From an uncultured delta proteobacterium (GTDB lineage Bacteria; Myxococcota; Myxococcia; Myxococcales; Myxococcaceae): a stretch of DNA of 64,000 nucleotides. The notes under the pieces are model-generated. The model saw nothing but the letters and a program-made list of their open reading frames with translations, made no database searches and was not told the DNA's origin. Location: the NCBI GenBank assembly GCA_963771175.1, contig CAVYSY010000027.1, forward strand, positions 79,932-143,931, written 5' to 3'. This document shows, piece by piece, positions 10,399-22,113 of the stretch. Position 1 is the stretch's first letter. Every line of letters begins with the position of its first letter. A program made the position numbers and the translations under genes.

Positions 10399-12223
10399 TC
10401 ACCCCAGCAGCGCGAGCAGCCCGGCGAGTCCCACGAAGAGGAAGTAGAGCGACTCGCCGGCGATGAGTCCGCCGCCCACCAGCGAGGTGGTGCTCATGTC
10501 CTCGGGCAGCGCCTCGCCGTCGCCGGGCGAGCCCGCCGGGTGCGGCGCCGGCCTGTGCATCAGCGTGTTCCACACCGAGGAGAGGATGCCGCCCACGCCG
10601 AACCACAGCGCCGCCGGCAGCTCACGAAGCCGCCGAAGGACGAGGCGTAGGGGCTGGGCAGCAGCACCGAGTCCATCGTCCACCCCACCGCGAAGCCCGC
10701 GCGCGAGCCCTTCACGAAGCCCTGGTAGCGCTCGCTGCGCTTGAGCAGCTTGCGCACCACCTCGATGGTGAAGCCCAGCGCGAGGCCGAGCAGCAGCGCC
10801 TTCACCGTGTAGTCCGACAGGGAGCCCAGGCTCCGGATGGCGCCGACGAACTTGTACGTCATCGCCGACTGCCACTGGCCCACCTCCGCCTCCGGGTTGT
10901 CGAGCTGGTTGATGGCCAGCACCGGGTAGGCGCTCATGAAGACGCGCGCCAGCACCACGCACAGCACCGCGCCCATGACGATGCCGATGACCTGGTAGCG
11001 GAACTGGATGACGCGGTCGGTGCCCAGGCGCCAGCCCGTCGAGCGGTCCTGCTGCATGTCGCTGCCGACCGAGGTGCAGATGAGCAGGATGCTCGCGGCC
11101 ATCAGCCCCACCAGCGGGTTCTTGCAGCCCCAGCGGCGACATCAGCAGCACCGAGATGACGAAGGCGCTCGAGATGGGGTTCTGGTCGGTGATGCCGTAG
11201 GAGATGCCGTTGATGAGCACGAAGAGCAGCGACAGCCCGAGGCCGAAGACGATGAAGCCCAGCGGGCTGCTGCAGCAGCTGCGTGGCCACCACGACCACC
11301 GCCACGCCCCAGAAGACCACCCACGCGCAGCAGCTTCGGCAGGTTCACCTGCTTCCACGCGGGCACCTCGTCGGCCGGCGCCTTGGCCGCGGTTGCGCAC
11401 CCGCTCCACCGCCTGCACCGCCAGCAGCGACAGGTCGACGATCGCCGCGCCGCAGATCATCGCCAGCCCGATGAGGAAGCCGATCTTGCGGAACGGCTCG
11501 TCCGGCTCCAGCCAGCCGATGCTCCGCAGGTAGGGCGTGAGCGCAGGCCGACGAGCGCCGCCGATGACGGCCGGCACGGCGATGCGGCGCCCACGATCAT
11601 GCCCGCGCCGATGGTGGAGGCGCTCAGGCCGATGGCGCCCAGGGCGGCCACGCGCTCGGTGAGCCCACGCCACCGACCGCGCCCACGCCGCGTGCCGCCG
11701 CCGAGCTTGGCGATCGAGCGCCTTCAGCAGGCGCTTGTCGGTGAGCGCGCGCAGGATGTTGGCGACCGCGTAGCCCGAGGGGTAGTCGAGCTGCATCCGG
11801 TCCACGAGCAGCGGCGTGTAGAGCATGCCCACGCCCGACGCCGAACATGCCGATGCAGCTCACGAAGAGCATCAGCTGCCAGGCGGGCGGCTGCGGCATG
11901 CCCAGCCACACCATGGCCTGGATGAGCACGCGCCATGCGCGCACATCGAGGCCACCGAGGCGGCCATCGTCTGCATGTAGTTGGCGCCGTGCTTGCCCTC
12001 GGGCGCCGTAGCCGTAGGTGACGACGCTGCCGAGGATGCCGGCCAGCACCTGCCCGCCGACGAAGAAGCCGAGGCTGAAGTTCATGTACGCGGCGGCGAT
12101 GCCCCCGAGCGGCCCGAGGATGAAGATGGCCACCGCGCTCAGCAGCAGGTGGAACTTCCACGAGCCCTGCTCGGGCAGCCAGCCGAAGCGCGGGGCCGGA
12201 AGGGGTGAGGCGGGCGTGTCCAT
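10399..12223 (-). CDS. OPT/YSL oligopeptide transporter (multiple frameshifts)
   Basis: YMNFSLGFFVGG, LDYPSGYAVA, GITDQNPIS, DMQQDRSTG, SLVGGGLIAGES spread over several frames. Confidence 0.8.
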
Positions 12224-12263
12224 GGGAGCCGGAGGCTACCCGTTCCCGAGGCTGCCCGCCTCT

Positions 12264-13553
12264 TCACTCCAGACGGTGGTTCCTGGCGTAATCGGCCAGG
12301 AGCTTCCTCACCCTGGGGGCCCGCGCATCGCTCGGTGCGAGGAGCAGGAACGTCCGATAGTACATCGCGCCCTGCTCGGGCTGGCCGATACGGGCCTTGA
12401 GGGCTCCCAGCGCCAGGTAGCACGGGGCATAGGCCGGCTCGACCTTGAGGCACTCCAACAGGCGCAGCTGCGCCTCGGGGAGCATGGGCGTGTTGCGCGA
12501 GAGCGCCACTCCCTCTTCGTAGAGGCGCTTCGCCGTGCCCGCGCCACTCTCCCGGAGCTCGGTGGATGCCGGCGCCATCCCCGGCGTGCGCCCCTTCGAG
12601 GAGATGCGCAGCTCCACCTCCCCCTGGTTGTCCTCCGGGTCATCGTCGATGAAACCGCACCACACCGCGCTCGCGCCCCGCACGTCCACGGGCCTCCCCT
12701 CGATGAGGAGGAACTGCTGCTCGCGGAGGAGCTCGTTCAGGTCGCCTCCCAGGTATAGGACCTCCTCGGAGGACCGCCGCGCGCAGGCCACCTTCCGGCT
12801 CACGCCCCCGTTCGGCCCCCGGGTGCGTGCCCCCTCCCCCACCGGGGCCAGGGTGAGCTGGTACGTGAGCATCGCATTCAGGCCCTTCAGCTCGAAGGCC
12901 CTGCTCAGCGAGGCGCTGGCCTGGCTCGTGTGGATGGTGACGGTGGCGCCCTCGTGTGTCCTCACATTCTCCACCCGCACCATGCGCCGGGACTGCTCGC
13001 CCTCCACCCCGGGGCCCACGGAGAAGAACATCGCGGCGCGCGCTCCCGTCACCCGTACTTCCGAAGCACCCGAGACCATTCCCACCGCCTCGTCCGCCGA
13101 CAGCCCCTCGCCCGCGAGCAGGAAGAACAACGGCGGACGCTGCTGGGACATGACGAGCTCGGTGATGACGTAGGTCTCCTCGGGTTCCAGCCGGGTGAGC
13201 GCCGCGAACGCCGTGGACACCCGAAAGAGGTCCCTGCGCGCATCCAGCCGGAGAGAGCCGACCGGGAACGTGGCCGAGCCCCGAGCCTCCTCCGCGGGCG
13301 GCGCCGCCACGGTGGGAGGGGGCGGCTCCACCACGGGCGAGGGCGCCGGAGCGGGTGGAGGTGGCTCGGCGGGAAGCGGCCGAGCCTGCTCCGAAGCGGC
13401 CTCGGCGGCCTTCGTCTCCACGGCGGCGCGCAGCGTCCCCGGCGGCCGGTTCGCGACCACCACCGCGGCCACCAGCCCGCTCAGCATCACCCCGCCCACG
13501 GCCACGGCCATGAGCTCGTTCCGACCGAATCGTCTTCTGGAGGGGGGCGCCAT
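12264..13553 (-). CDS. Membrane-anchored hypothetical protein with Pro-rich linker and C-terminal TPR
   Basis: One TM helix, PPPPAPAP linker, CYLALGAL...YYRTFLLLAP TPR-like end. Confidence 0.65.
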   Translation of the reverse strand: MAPPSRRRFGRNELMAVAVGGVMLSGLVAAVVVANRPPGTLRAAVETKAAEAASEQARPLPAEPPPPAPAPSPVVEPPPPTVAAPPAEEARGSATFPVGSLRLDARRDLFRVSTAFAALTRLEPEETYVITELVMSQQRPPLFFLLAGEGLSADEAVGMVSGASEVRVTGARAAMFFSVGPGVEGEQSRRMVRVENVRTHEGATVTIHTSQASASLSRAFELKGLNAMLTYQLTLAPVGEGARTRGPNGGVSRKVACARRSSEEVLYLGGDLNELLREQQFLLIEGRPVDVRGASAVWCGFIDDDPEDNQGEVELRISSKGRTPGMAPASTELRESGAGTAKRLYEEGVALSRNTPMLPEAQLRLLECLKVEPAYAPCYLALGALKARIGQPEQGAMYYRTFLLLAPSDARAPRVRKLLADYARNHRLE

Positions 13554-13619
13554 CCCGGGAATGCTACCCCAGGTCGAGACTCCCGCTCGGGGCTCCACCT
13601 GGAGGAGGACGCCGCGCGA

Positions 13620-13958
13620 CTACGGCTGGCAGACTCCCGGGCAGTCCGCCGCGCGCTGTGGATCGCACGTGTCCGTGGGGTCATCCACGCACGTCTGGTT
13701 CAGCCCCAGGCACGCCCCATAGGCGAGGCCGCCACAACACACGACGTAGCCCTGCGGCACGTCACAGGGCGTGGCGAAGCGCACGCAGTCACCGCCCGCG
13801 GCCGGTCGCGCGTACCGGACCACCTGGACACAGGCTCCGGCATCGGAACCGGGGGCGCCCGCGTCGGGCGACTCGGAGTCCACGGGTGGGGCGCCGGAGT
13901 CACACGCGAGCAGGCCGCACGCCGAGGACAGCAGGAACAGACGCAGGAGGGAGTTCAT
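13620..13958 (-). CDS. Small Cys-rich lipoprotein
   Basis: Lipobox LLAC; CVDDPTDTCDP...ADCPGVC motif. Confidence 0.7.
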   Translation of the reverse strand: MNSLLRLFLLSSACGLLACDSGAPPVDSESPDAGAPGSDAGACVQVVRYARPAAGGDCVRFATPCDVPQGYVVCCGGLAYGACLGLNQTCVDDPTDTCDPQRAADCPGVCQP

Positions 13959-13967
13959 GGCTCACGC

Positions 13968-14456
13968 TCAGATACGGGAAAAGGACCAGCTCACCGCGTG
14001 ACCATTGGCATAGGGCATGACGCCGTGGAAGGCCCGGGGGTCCGCATCGAACACCAGCGGAAGGAAGTGCCGGTCTCCATCCCACAGCGGCAGGCTCATG
14101 ATGTCCTTCACCGGAACCCAGGAGAGGGTGCCCTCCACATTGCGCTCATGGGGCGTGCCCTCGAAGCGGTCGATGCGGAAGATGAAGCCGAGCCAGTCCT
14201 CGCCCTTGGGCCCGAAGCCGGGCCAGTTGATGGTGCCGCGCAGCGTCAGGTCCGTGCACTCGATGCCGGCCTCCTCGCGAATCTCGCGGCGCATGCAGGA
14301 GACCACGTCCTCGCCCGGGTCCATCTTCCCGCCGAGGCCGTTGTACTTGCCGAGGTGCGCATCGTTGGGACGCGCGTTGCGGTGGATGAGGAGCACCTTC
14401 GTCCCGTCCGGGGACATGATGTAACCAAGGGTGCCGATGATGGGCGTGTAGGGCAT
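13968..14456 (-). CDS. NUDIX hydrolase (8-oxo-dGTPase-like)
   Basis: Nudix box GGKMDPGEDVVSCMRREIREEAG. Confidence 0.9.
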   Translation of the reverse strand: MPYTPIIGTLGYIMSPDGTKVLLIHRNARPNDAHLGKYNGLGGKMDPGEDVVSCMRREIREEAGIECTDLTLRGTINWPGFGPKGEDWLGFIFRIDRFEGTPHERNVEGTLSWVPVKDIMSLPLWDGDRHFLPLVFDADPRAFHGVMPYANGHAVSWSFSRI

Positions 14457-14550
14457 GGGCAGGGCTCTTATCGCTCGGGACCCACCTCGCAAGAAGTCAG
14501 GAGGTAGGCGCCCGGTATCCTACTCCTGGCGCCCATGGCATCCCGAGAAC

Positions 14551-16413
14551 TCAGTCCCGGTAGCCGCGGGCCTGGAGGTTGAACAGGTGCGCGTAGCGCC
14601 CGTTGCGCGCCATCAACTCCGCGTGGCTGCCCAGCTCCTCCACCTCGCCGTTGTGCAGCACGGCGATCCGGTCCGCCATCCGCACCGTCGAGAACCGGTG
14701 CGAAATGACCAGGGCGATCCGGTCCGCCGCCAGCTCCTGGAAGCGCTCGAACAGCGCGTGCTCCGACTCCGCGTCGATGCTCGCCGTCGGCTCGTCGAGG
14801 ATGAGCACCTCCGCGTCCTCCCGCATGAAGGCCCGCGCCACCCCCAGCTTCTGCCACTGCCCTCCGCTCAGCTCGTGCCCCTTCTCGAACCAGCCGCCCA
14901 GCATCGTGTCGTACTGGTTCGGCAGCGTGTCGATCACCGCGCTCGCCCCACCCTGCTCCGCCGCCCGGACGATGCGGTTGCCGGTCCTCCAGCGCCGACA
15001 CGTGCCCCAGCCCGATGTTCTCCGCCACGCTGAACTGGTAGCGCACGAAGTCCTGGAACACCGCCCCGAACCGCGAGCGCAGGTCCTCCGGGTCCATGTC
15101 CTTCAGGTTCACGCCCCCGTAGAGAATCTCCCCCTCCGTCGGCTCGTACAGGCGCAGCAGCAGCTTCACCAGCGTGCTCTTCCCCGCCCCGTTCTCCCCC
15201 ACCAGCGCCAGCTTCTCCCCCGGCTCCAGCCGCAGTGACAGGTCGCGCAGCGCCCACGCCTCCTTCCCCGGATAGCGGAACGACACGTTGCGCAGCTCGA
15301 TGGCGTTGCCACTCCCCCTCGACGCCGTCTTCGCCGGCAGCACCCGTGGCGCCTCCTGCCCCGTGGGTATCTCCAGGTACGCGAAGAGGTTGCTCATGAA
15401 GAGCGCCCTCTCGTACATGCTGCCCAGGCTCGACAGGATTCCCTGGAACGCCGCCTGCCCCTGCCGGAACACCGCCAGGTACAGCACCAGGTCGCCCACG
15501 GTGATGGCCCCCGCGCCGCCCGGCCCACCACGAACGCGTAGCACCCGTAGAACGCCCCCAGCGACACCAGCCCCAGCACCAGGCCCCACCCCATCCGCTT
15601 CAGCGCGAGCGCCCGGTCCTCCTGCGAAGAACTTCTCGAAGAGCGTCCGGTAGCGCCCCAGGATGAGCGGGCCCAGCCCGAACAGCTTCACCTCCTTCAC
15701 GTGGTTGTCGCGCGTGAGGATCCACTCCAGGTAGTTGAGCTTCCGCCCCTCGGGCGCACGCCACGAGTACAGCCGGAAGCCCTCCGCCGGCCAGCCGCGC
15801 CTCCGCGATGAACGCCGGGATGCTCGCCGCCACCAGCACCACCACGCTCCACGGCGACAGCGTCACCAGCAGCACCGCGTAGGTGGACAGCGTCACAGGT
15901 TGCGCACGATGGAGAACGCGTCCATCACCAGCGCCAGCGGCCGGCTGTTCGCCTCGCGCCGCGCGTTCTGCATCTTGTCGTAGGTGTCCGAGTCCTCGAA
16001 GTGCCGCAGCTCCAGCGTCAGCGCCTTCTCGAGGATGCGCTCGTTGAGCAGGTTGCCCAGGCTCGCCCGCAGCAGCTCGCGCGTCAGCGAGAGCCCCCGG
16101 TCCACCACCGCCGAGCCCACCATCAGCCCGAACTCCAGCCCCACCAGGCGCAACACCCGCGCCGCGCCGCCTCGCTCCCGTCCGCGCGCCGCCTCCACCA
16201 CCCCGTCCATGATGAGCTTGCCCACCCAGGCGATGCGCCGCCGGCAGCACCGCCGCCACCAGCGTCAGCGCCCCCAGCACCACCGCGCCCCGGGGACTCG
16301 CCTGCCAGAAGAGGCGGAAGGTGCCCGGGCAGCTGCCGGAAGAGGCTGCCCGTGTTCTTCAGCCGGGCCTTGAGGGACTGGGGGGGACGCGGTGCGGAGT
16401 GCGGAGGAGCCAC
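14551..16413 (-). CDS. ABC transporter, fused permease/ATP-binding protein (multiple frameshifts)
   Basis: GENGAGKST, LSGGQWQK, LILDEPT, ISHRFSTVR; N-terminal TM segments in other frames. Confidence 0.85.
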
Positions 16414-16583
16414 GCCCTCTGTCTAACCCGCCGCGCCCACGCGCGCCGCATCTCCCTCTCCGGAGGGCTCCACATTCCCGGCGCCCGGCGTCGGACTCCC
16501 CTCCGCCTTCCGCCTGCCTGGATGTCCCCCGAGCGGCCACCTGCGGCTATGATGGCCCGCATCCCTGTCCTGGAGACTCCTCG

Positions 16584-17096
16584 ATGAAGCGCTTCATCAT
16601 CGTCTTCGACAACGAGCCGGCGGAATCGGCGCCCTGGATTTCCAGTGCCTGCTCGGCGTCCCGGCTCACCTTCGTGGACAACGACGCCGTCACCGACGTG
16701 GTCTCCGACAGCAAGGACGCCCAGAAGCTCCTGCTCGAGTCCGGCCTCCCCCCCGGCGAGAACCCCAAGCTCGCCCCCTTCTACAAGGCCGCCCTCGACA
16801 AGGTCGCCGCCGACCAACAGCGCATCGGCCTCTACGGCGTGAGCTGGCTGCTCTACCTCGGCCAGGCCGATGGCTGCGTGCTCGACTTCGCCGGCCTCGA
16901 GGAGCAGCGCAAGAAGGGCCTCGCCTCCGGCGTCGCCCAGAAGACCGCCGACGAGTATGTCGCGAAGTACAGCGCTCAGTTGCAGGAGCGGGCGCGCAAG
17001 GTGCTCCCCGCCGACCGCATCCTCGTGCTGCCCGTGAACGAGAGCGACGCGAAGAAGTCCGAGCTCGTCGCGGCGTTCATCAAGAAGCTCGGGTAG
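16584..17096 (+). CDS. Hypothetical protein
   Basis: RBS GGAG, ATG, high-GC3 codon usage; 170 aa. Confidence 0.7.
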   Translation: MKRFIIVFDNEPAESAPWISSACSASRLTFVDNDAVTDVVSDSKDAQKLLLESGLPPGENPKLAPFYKAALDKVAADQQRIGLYGVSWLLYLGQADGCVLDFAGLEEQRKKGLASGVAQKTADEYVAKYSAQLQERARKVLPADRILVLPVNESDAKKSELVAAFIKKLG

Positions 17097-17159
17097 GGCC
17101 GGGCGGCGGCCACGGTCGCTCGGGAGGGAACAGCCCCTCCCGAGCCGGTCCACCGGGCC

Positions 17160-17420
17160 CGCGAGAAGGTCGCCCAGGCGGAGAAGCTCTCGGCCCTGGG
17201 ACAGTTCCTGGCGCGGCTCTCGCACGAAATCAACAACCCGCTCACCGCCATCCACAACAACCTGCCCCCGGTGCGCGACGAGCAGATGGCCGAAGCGTTG
17301 CGGCGCTGCCGCGCGCGGCTCGAGACACTCCCGGAGAACGCCCAGGAGGTCGAGCGGCCATGGCGCGAGCTGGACCTCGACTTCGTGCGCCAGGGCGCCC
17401 CCGAGGCGCTGGAGAGGTGA
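17160..17420 (+). pseudogene. Histidine kinase remnant (HisKA H-box only)
   Basis: Translates to REKVAQAEKLSALGQFLARLSHEINNPLTAIHNNL...LDLDFVR then stop; no start codon or HATPase. Confidence 0.7.
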
Positions 17421-17444
17421 ACTCCGCGCGGATAAGCTGCGGCG

Positions 17445-17834
17445 ATGATGCGCAGACCGGCGAAGGTCCTCCTCGGTATCGCGACCCTGCTGCCCCTGCT
17501 CCTGCTGGGGCTCCATTTCGTCCTCTTCATGGGCATGTTCCTGTCGGCCGCGACCGGGCATCCTCCCCCGGGAGGAGACCAGGGAGGGCCGCCGCCCCTC
17601 TTCTTCGCGCTCTTCGGACTCACCTGCCTGAACATGGTGGTCCTCGTCGCGCTGCTCGTCTTCTACATGGTGGACCTGTTCCGCAATCCCCGCGTCCCCG
17701 ACAACCCGCGGGTGCTGTGGGCGGTGGTCCTCTTCTTCGGCGCGCCCCTGGCAATGCCGGTCTACTGGTTTCTCTACATCTGGCGCGAGCCCACGCTAGC
17801 GGAGGGCGAAGCACCGCCGACGCCTCGCCCCTGA
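17445..17834 (+). CDS. Small membrane protein (three TM)
   Basis: Hydrophobic segments; LWAVVLFF...MPVYWFLYIW. Confidence 0.7.
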   Translation: MMRRPAKVLLGIATLLPLLLLGLHFVLFMGMFLSAATGHPPPGGDQGGPPPLFFALFGLTCLNMVVLVALLVFYMVDLFRNPRVPDNPRVLWAVVLFFGAPLAMPVYWFLYIWREPTLAEGEAPPTPRP

Positions 17835-17884
17835 AGCATCCGAACACTCCGTGCACGAGGAGGCCTCCGGGCGCGCTCTCCCGC

Positions 17885-18000
17885 AACTGGTCCGATGGTC
17901 GGACCAGTTCGTGAGGAGTGCGACCGGGAGGCTGCGGAAGACAGGGGGCCCGCCGGGTTCGGCCTTCAGAAACCTGTCCGACTGTCGGACAGGTTTTTGA
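17885..18000. repeat. Two related REP-like palindromes
   Basis: AACTGGTCCGA-tgg-TCGGACCAGTT (17885-17909) and AAACCTGTCCGAC-t-GTCGGACAGGTTT (17970-17996). Confidence 0.75.
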
Positions 18001-18189
18001 AGAACATGGCCGGAGGGCCAGCGAGTCCCGGAGGAGAGGACACCTGCCGGGCTCGCGCTTCGGCAACCTGTACACTTAGTGGACAAGTTGGTGAGGAACT
18101 CGACCGGGAGGGGCTCCGTCTCCGACTGCTCGCCGTTGTCGCGGGCTACCGGGTGACCTCATCGGCCACCCGGCGCCCACCTCGGGTGC

Positions 18190-21100
18190 TCAGCCTCCGA
18201 CGAGGCTCTGCTGGAACTCCTGGACGTCCCCAATCAGGTCGGCCGCGCCCTTGACGACCTTCGCCGTGCCCAGGACCATCTGCAGCGGGCCCGTGATGCT
18301 GTTCAGGCCCGGCACCGTGCCGGCGATGTCCAGGCCGAGCTGACCCGCCGCCAGCGCCACGTTCACCGGATCCCTCGGGTCGGCCTTGAGCGCGTCGTAC
18401 AGGTCCTTGGCGCTGCCGAGCGAGCTCACGCCGCTGATGATGTTGCCCAGCAGCGGCACCGACTTGAGGCCCGCCTTGGCGGCGAACTTCGCGGCCTCCT
18501 TGGTGATCTTCTCCTTGAGCTTGTCCGGAAGCGCGTCCACGAAGCGCCCGAAGAGCCGGGTGAAGTTCTCGATGCCCTGCTTGCCGAAGGGCAGATCCTG
18601 GCCAGCGATCTCGAAGTGGTCACCCTGCGTGAGCAGCGCCCCACCCGCCTGGGCGATCTCGTTGAGCGCCCCGCCGATGTCGCCGCGCGCCATCTTCTCG
18701 GCGGCCTCGAACAGGTTCGTCACCGCGCCCGAGTCCACCATGGCCGCGTTCAGCTCGCGGTCCGCGAACAGCTCGCCGAGGCTGCCCGGAATCTTCGACA
18801 GCGTGTTGAGGAAGGCCTTGGCCGTCTCGGGAGCCGTCTGGGCGATCGTCTTGCCCGTGGTGGCGATGCCCGCCACGAAGCCCAGATATCCCCACTCTTG
18901 AGGGCCCCGAAGGCGTCGCCCAGCGCCTTGCCCACCTGGTCGTTGCCCAGCAGGCTCGCCGCCGCGACGATGGTGTCCTTGGCCCAGTCCGGAGCGCCCA
19001 GCTTGTCCGCCAGCGAGCCCGCCATGCGCCCGCGCAGGTCCGGCGGCACGTTCGCCAGCGCCTTGCCGAGCGTCTGCAGGGCCTCGCCCGGCTTGCCCTC
19101 CGCGAGCTGCTTGCCGGCCTGCATCACGTCGAAGATGGAGCCGCCCAGCGCGGCGATGTCCTTGCCGTCCTGGATGCCGAACGGCTTGAGCTTCTCCATC
19201 AGGCCCGCGTTCTTCGCGAGCGCGTTGCCCGCCGCGGTGCGCAGCGACTCGTTGGCCAGCAGGTCCTTGGTGCCCTGCACCAGGTCGCCCGACATCATCT
19301 TGTCGAACGAGGCGTGCAGGTCCTTGTTCGTCACGAGCTGGTGGACGAAGTCCTTGTCGGTGAGCAGCGACTTCGCCACGCCCGCGAAGCCCTCGTCCGA
19401 GAGCTTGCCGGCCGTCGTGGTGATGGCCTTCTCGATGATGGACGGCGGCATCTTGCCCGCCGCGTCCTTGAGGCTCTTGAGCGCGACCTGGAAGTCGCCC
19501 TCACCCAGCGCCTTGCCCGCCTTGAGGATGTCCGGCAGCGCCTTGCCCGCCTGGAGCAGCTCGGACGGCGTAATCCCCAGGTTGGTGATGTTGGTGCGCA
19601 GGCCCTCGGGCAGCTTGCTGACGATCTTCTCGCCAATCTTGTTCAGCAGCTCCGGGGCCGCCTCGCCCGCCTTGCCCAGCGCGGTGATGGCGTCGTCGAT
19701 CTTCCCCTCGGTGAGGGCCTTCACCGCGTCGAATACGTGCGGCGCGGCCTTGCCCGCCTCGACCAGGTCGCTCGGGGCCAGGCCGATCTTCTCGAGCTGC
19801 GCCTTGACGCCCGCGTCGTTGCCGATGGCCGTGAGCGCCGCGTCGCGCGCCTTGTCGTTGCCCAGCAGCCCGCGCAGGCCCTCCATGCGGGTCGACTCGT
19901 TGAAGAGCTTGCCCACCTGGTCGTGCAGGTCGCGGTTGCCGACGACCTCCTTGAGGAAGGCATCGTTGGTGAGCAGCGACTTCGCCGCGCCGAGCTTGTC
20001 CGGAAGCTGCTGCGGCCAGACCCTTCATCGCCTGGGTGGTGAGGTCCGGCGCCGAGATGGCCGCCTCCTTCAGGCTGCTGAAGGCCTTGCCCCAGTCCTG
20101 CTTCGAGGCCGCGTCCGCCGCCTCGTACAGGTGCGGCAGCGCCGGGCCCGCCGTGCGGATCTGCTCCGGAGTGATGCCCAGCTTCGCGAACTGGTCCTTC
20201 ACCCCCTGCGGCAGCGCGTCCACCACCTTCTGGCCGATCTTCGCGGCCAGCCCCGGCGCCAGCTCCACCGCCTTCTGGACATCGGCCAGACCGCCCTTCA
20301 CGTCGCCCTTCTGGATCTTCTCGAAGGCATCCCACAGCTTCGGGGCCGCCTTGCCCGCATCCACCAGGTCCTTCGGCTCCAGGCCCACCTTCGCGAGCTG
20401 CGCCTTCACACCCGCGTCATTGCCAATGGCCGTGAGCGCCGCGTCGCGCGCCTTGTCGTTGTTGAGCAGGCCCTTCAGACCCTCCATCCGGGTCTGATCA
20501 TTGAAGAGCTTGCCCACCTGATCGTGCAGGTCGCGGTTGCCGACGACCTCCTTGAGGAACGCGTCGTTGGTGAGCAGCGACTTCGCCGCACCCAGCTTGT
20601 CCGGGAGCTGCTGGGCCAGGCCCTTCATCGCCTGGGTGTGAGGTCCGGCGCCGAGATGGCCGCTTCCTTCAGGCTGCTGAAGGCCTTGCCCCAGTCCTGC
20701 TTCGAGGCCGCGTCCGCCGCGTCGTACAGGTGCGGCAACGCCGGACCCGCCGAGCGGATCTGCTCCTCGGTGATGCCCAGCTTCGCGAACTGGTCCTTCA
20801 CGCCCTGCGGCAGCGCGTCCACCACCTTCTGGCCGATCTTCGCGGCCAGCCCCGGCGCCAGCTCCACCGCCGCCTGGACGTCGGCCAGACCGCCCTTCAC
20901 ATCCCCCGCCTTGAGCTTGTCGAAGGCGTCCCACAGCTTCGGCGCGGCCTTGCCCGCCTCCACCAGGTCCTTCGGCTCCAGGCCCACCTTCTCGAGCTGC
21001 GCCTTGACCGTCGGGTCGTTCGACAGCGCGCCCAGCGCCGCGTCGCGCGCCTTGTCGTTGGTGAGCAGCTCGCGGATGGCCCCCGTATCGGTCGGGTTCT

Positions 21101-21704
21101 TGATGAGCTTGCCGATGGAGGCGTGCAGCTCGTTGTTGGTGACCAGCTCCTTGGCCACCTTCTCATCCGTCAGCAGCGACTTCGCCGGGCCCTCGGGCAG
21201 GTTCCGCGCCAGCCCCTGAATGGCCTTCTGCGCCACCTCGGGCGAGGACAGCGCCGCGTTGCGCAGGTGCTCCAGCGCCTGCTCCGGGTGCCCGCCCACC
21301 ACCGACTGCGCCGCCTTCTGCAGGTGCGGCTGCGCCGCCTGTCCCGCCTTCTTGAGGTCGTCCTCCGTCAGGCCGATCTTCGCCAGCGCGCTCTTGTCCG
21401 GAGCCTCGGTGGGCTGCGCCGTCGGCGCCGTGGTGGACCCCAGCTTCTCCGCCTGCTGGCCGCGCTGCGTGGAGGTGGTCGACCCGCCGCTTTCGAACCC
21501 GTCCTTCGTCTGCTGCGCCCGCGGCTTCACCTCGTTACGCGTCGAGGTGCCCTGGCCCCCGTTCGCCTTCGTCGTCCCCGTCGTGGACGGCTTGCCCGTC
21601 GCCGTGTTGCTCGGCTTCGCCGCCGGCTTGCTCTCGGGCTTCGGCTCGGGAGGCTTGGGCTTGGGAGGAGTGGACGAAGAACCACCGGCCTTCTTGATAG
21701 CCAT
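18190..21704 (-). CDS. ~1170-aa all-helical repeat protein with hydrophobic Gly-rich C-terminus (frameshifts near 20638, 20015, 18890)
   Basis: Four consecutive ORF pieces join; ~600-nt internal repeat (gaggtccggcgccgagatggccgc at 20041 and 20640). Confidence 0.8.
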
Positions 21705-21780
21705 GATGCGACCTCTCGAGCTTGGGGGCGCCACGGGTGAGCGTGGGGCGGGAGAATGTAGGCGACCTACGTAGCTTCAA

Positions 21781-21807
21781 TTATCGGACTTATAGGTTTC
21801 CAGTTGC
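21781..21807 (-). promoter_or_regulatory. Sigma28 (FliA/WhiG)-like promoter candidate
   Basis: Minus strand GCAAC-N15-CCGATAA, about 76 nt upstream of ATG 21704; -10 resembles GCCGATAA. Confidence 0.45.
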
Positions 21808-21876
21808 GTCAGTATTTTTCTGACCGAGGTCCCGCCGGAGTCGGCGCACCCGGCGGGATGGCGCTGACGCGGAGCG

Positions 21877-22113
21877 TCAGTGCTTGTCGTCGAAGGCGAT
21901 GCCCTTGTTCACCTCCTCCAGGGCCTTCTCGGTGGGCTCGACGGCCCTGGCGCGGTGGCCGCCCTTGTCGTGGGTGGCCGTCTTGAGCGCGGCCAGCGCG
22001 TAGCGCAGGTGAACGAGCGCCTCCTCCATCTTCGGCTGCTTCTCGGCGAAGGCACGCTGGGTGAAACCACCGAGCACGAAGGCAATGGCGACGGCGATGG
22101 CGGTGCGACGCAT
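21877..22113 (-). CDS. Small secreted helical protein
   Basis: Signal peptide ending AFA; QPKMEEAL...DKGGHRARA. Confidence 0.75.
   Translation of the reverse strand: MRRTAIAVAIAFVLGGFTQRAFAEKQPKMEEALVHLRYALAALKTATHDKGGHRARAVEPTEKALEEVNKGIAFDDKH

Noticed and set aside
18616..21219. Long antisense ORFs (also 47300-49816, 41630-44218, 3997-5850)
   Set aside because: Stop-poor shadows of real high-GC genes on the opposite strand
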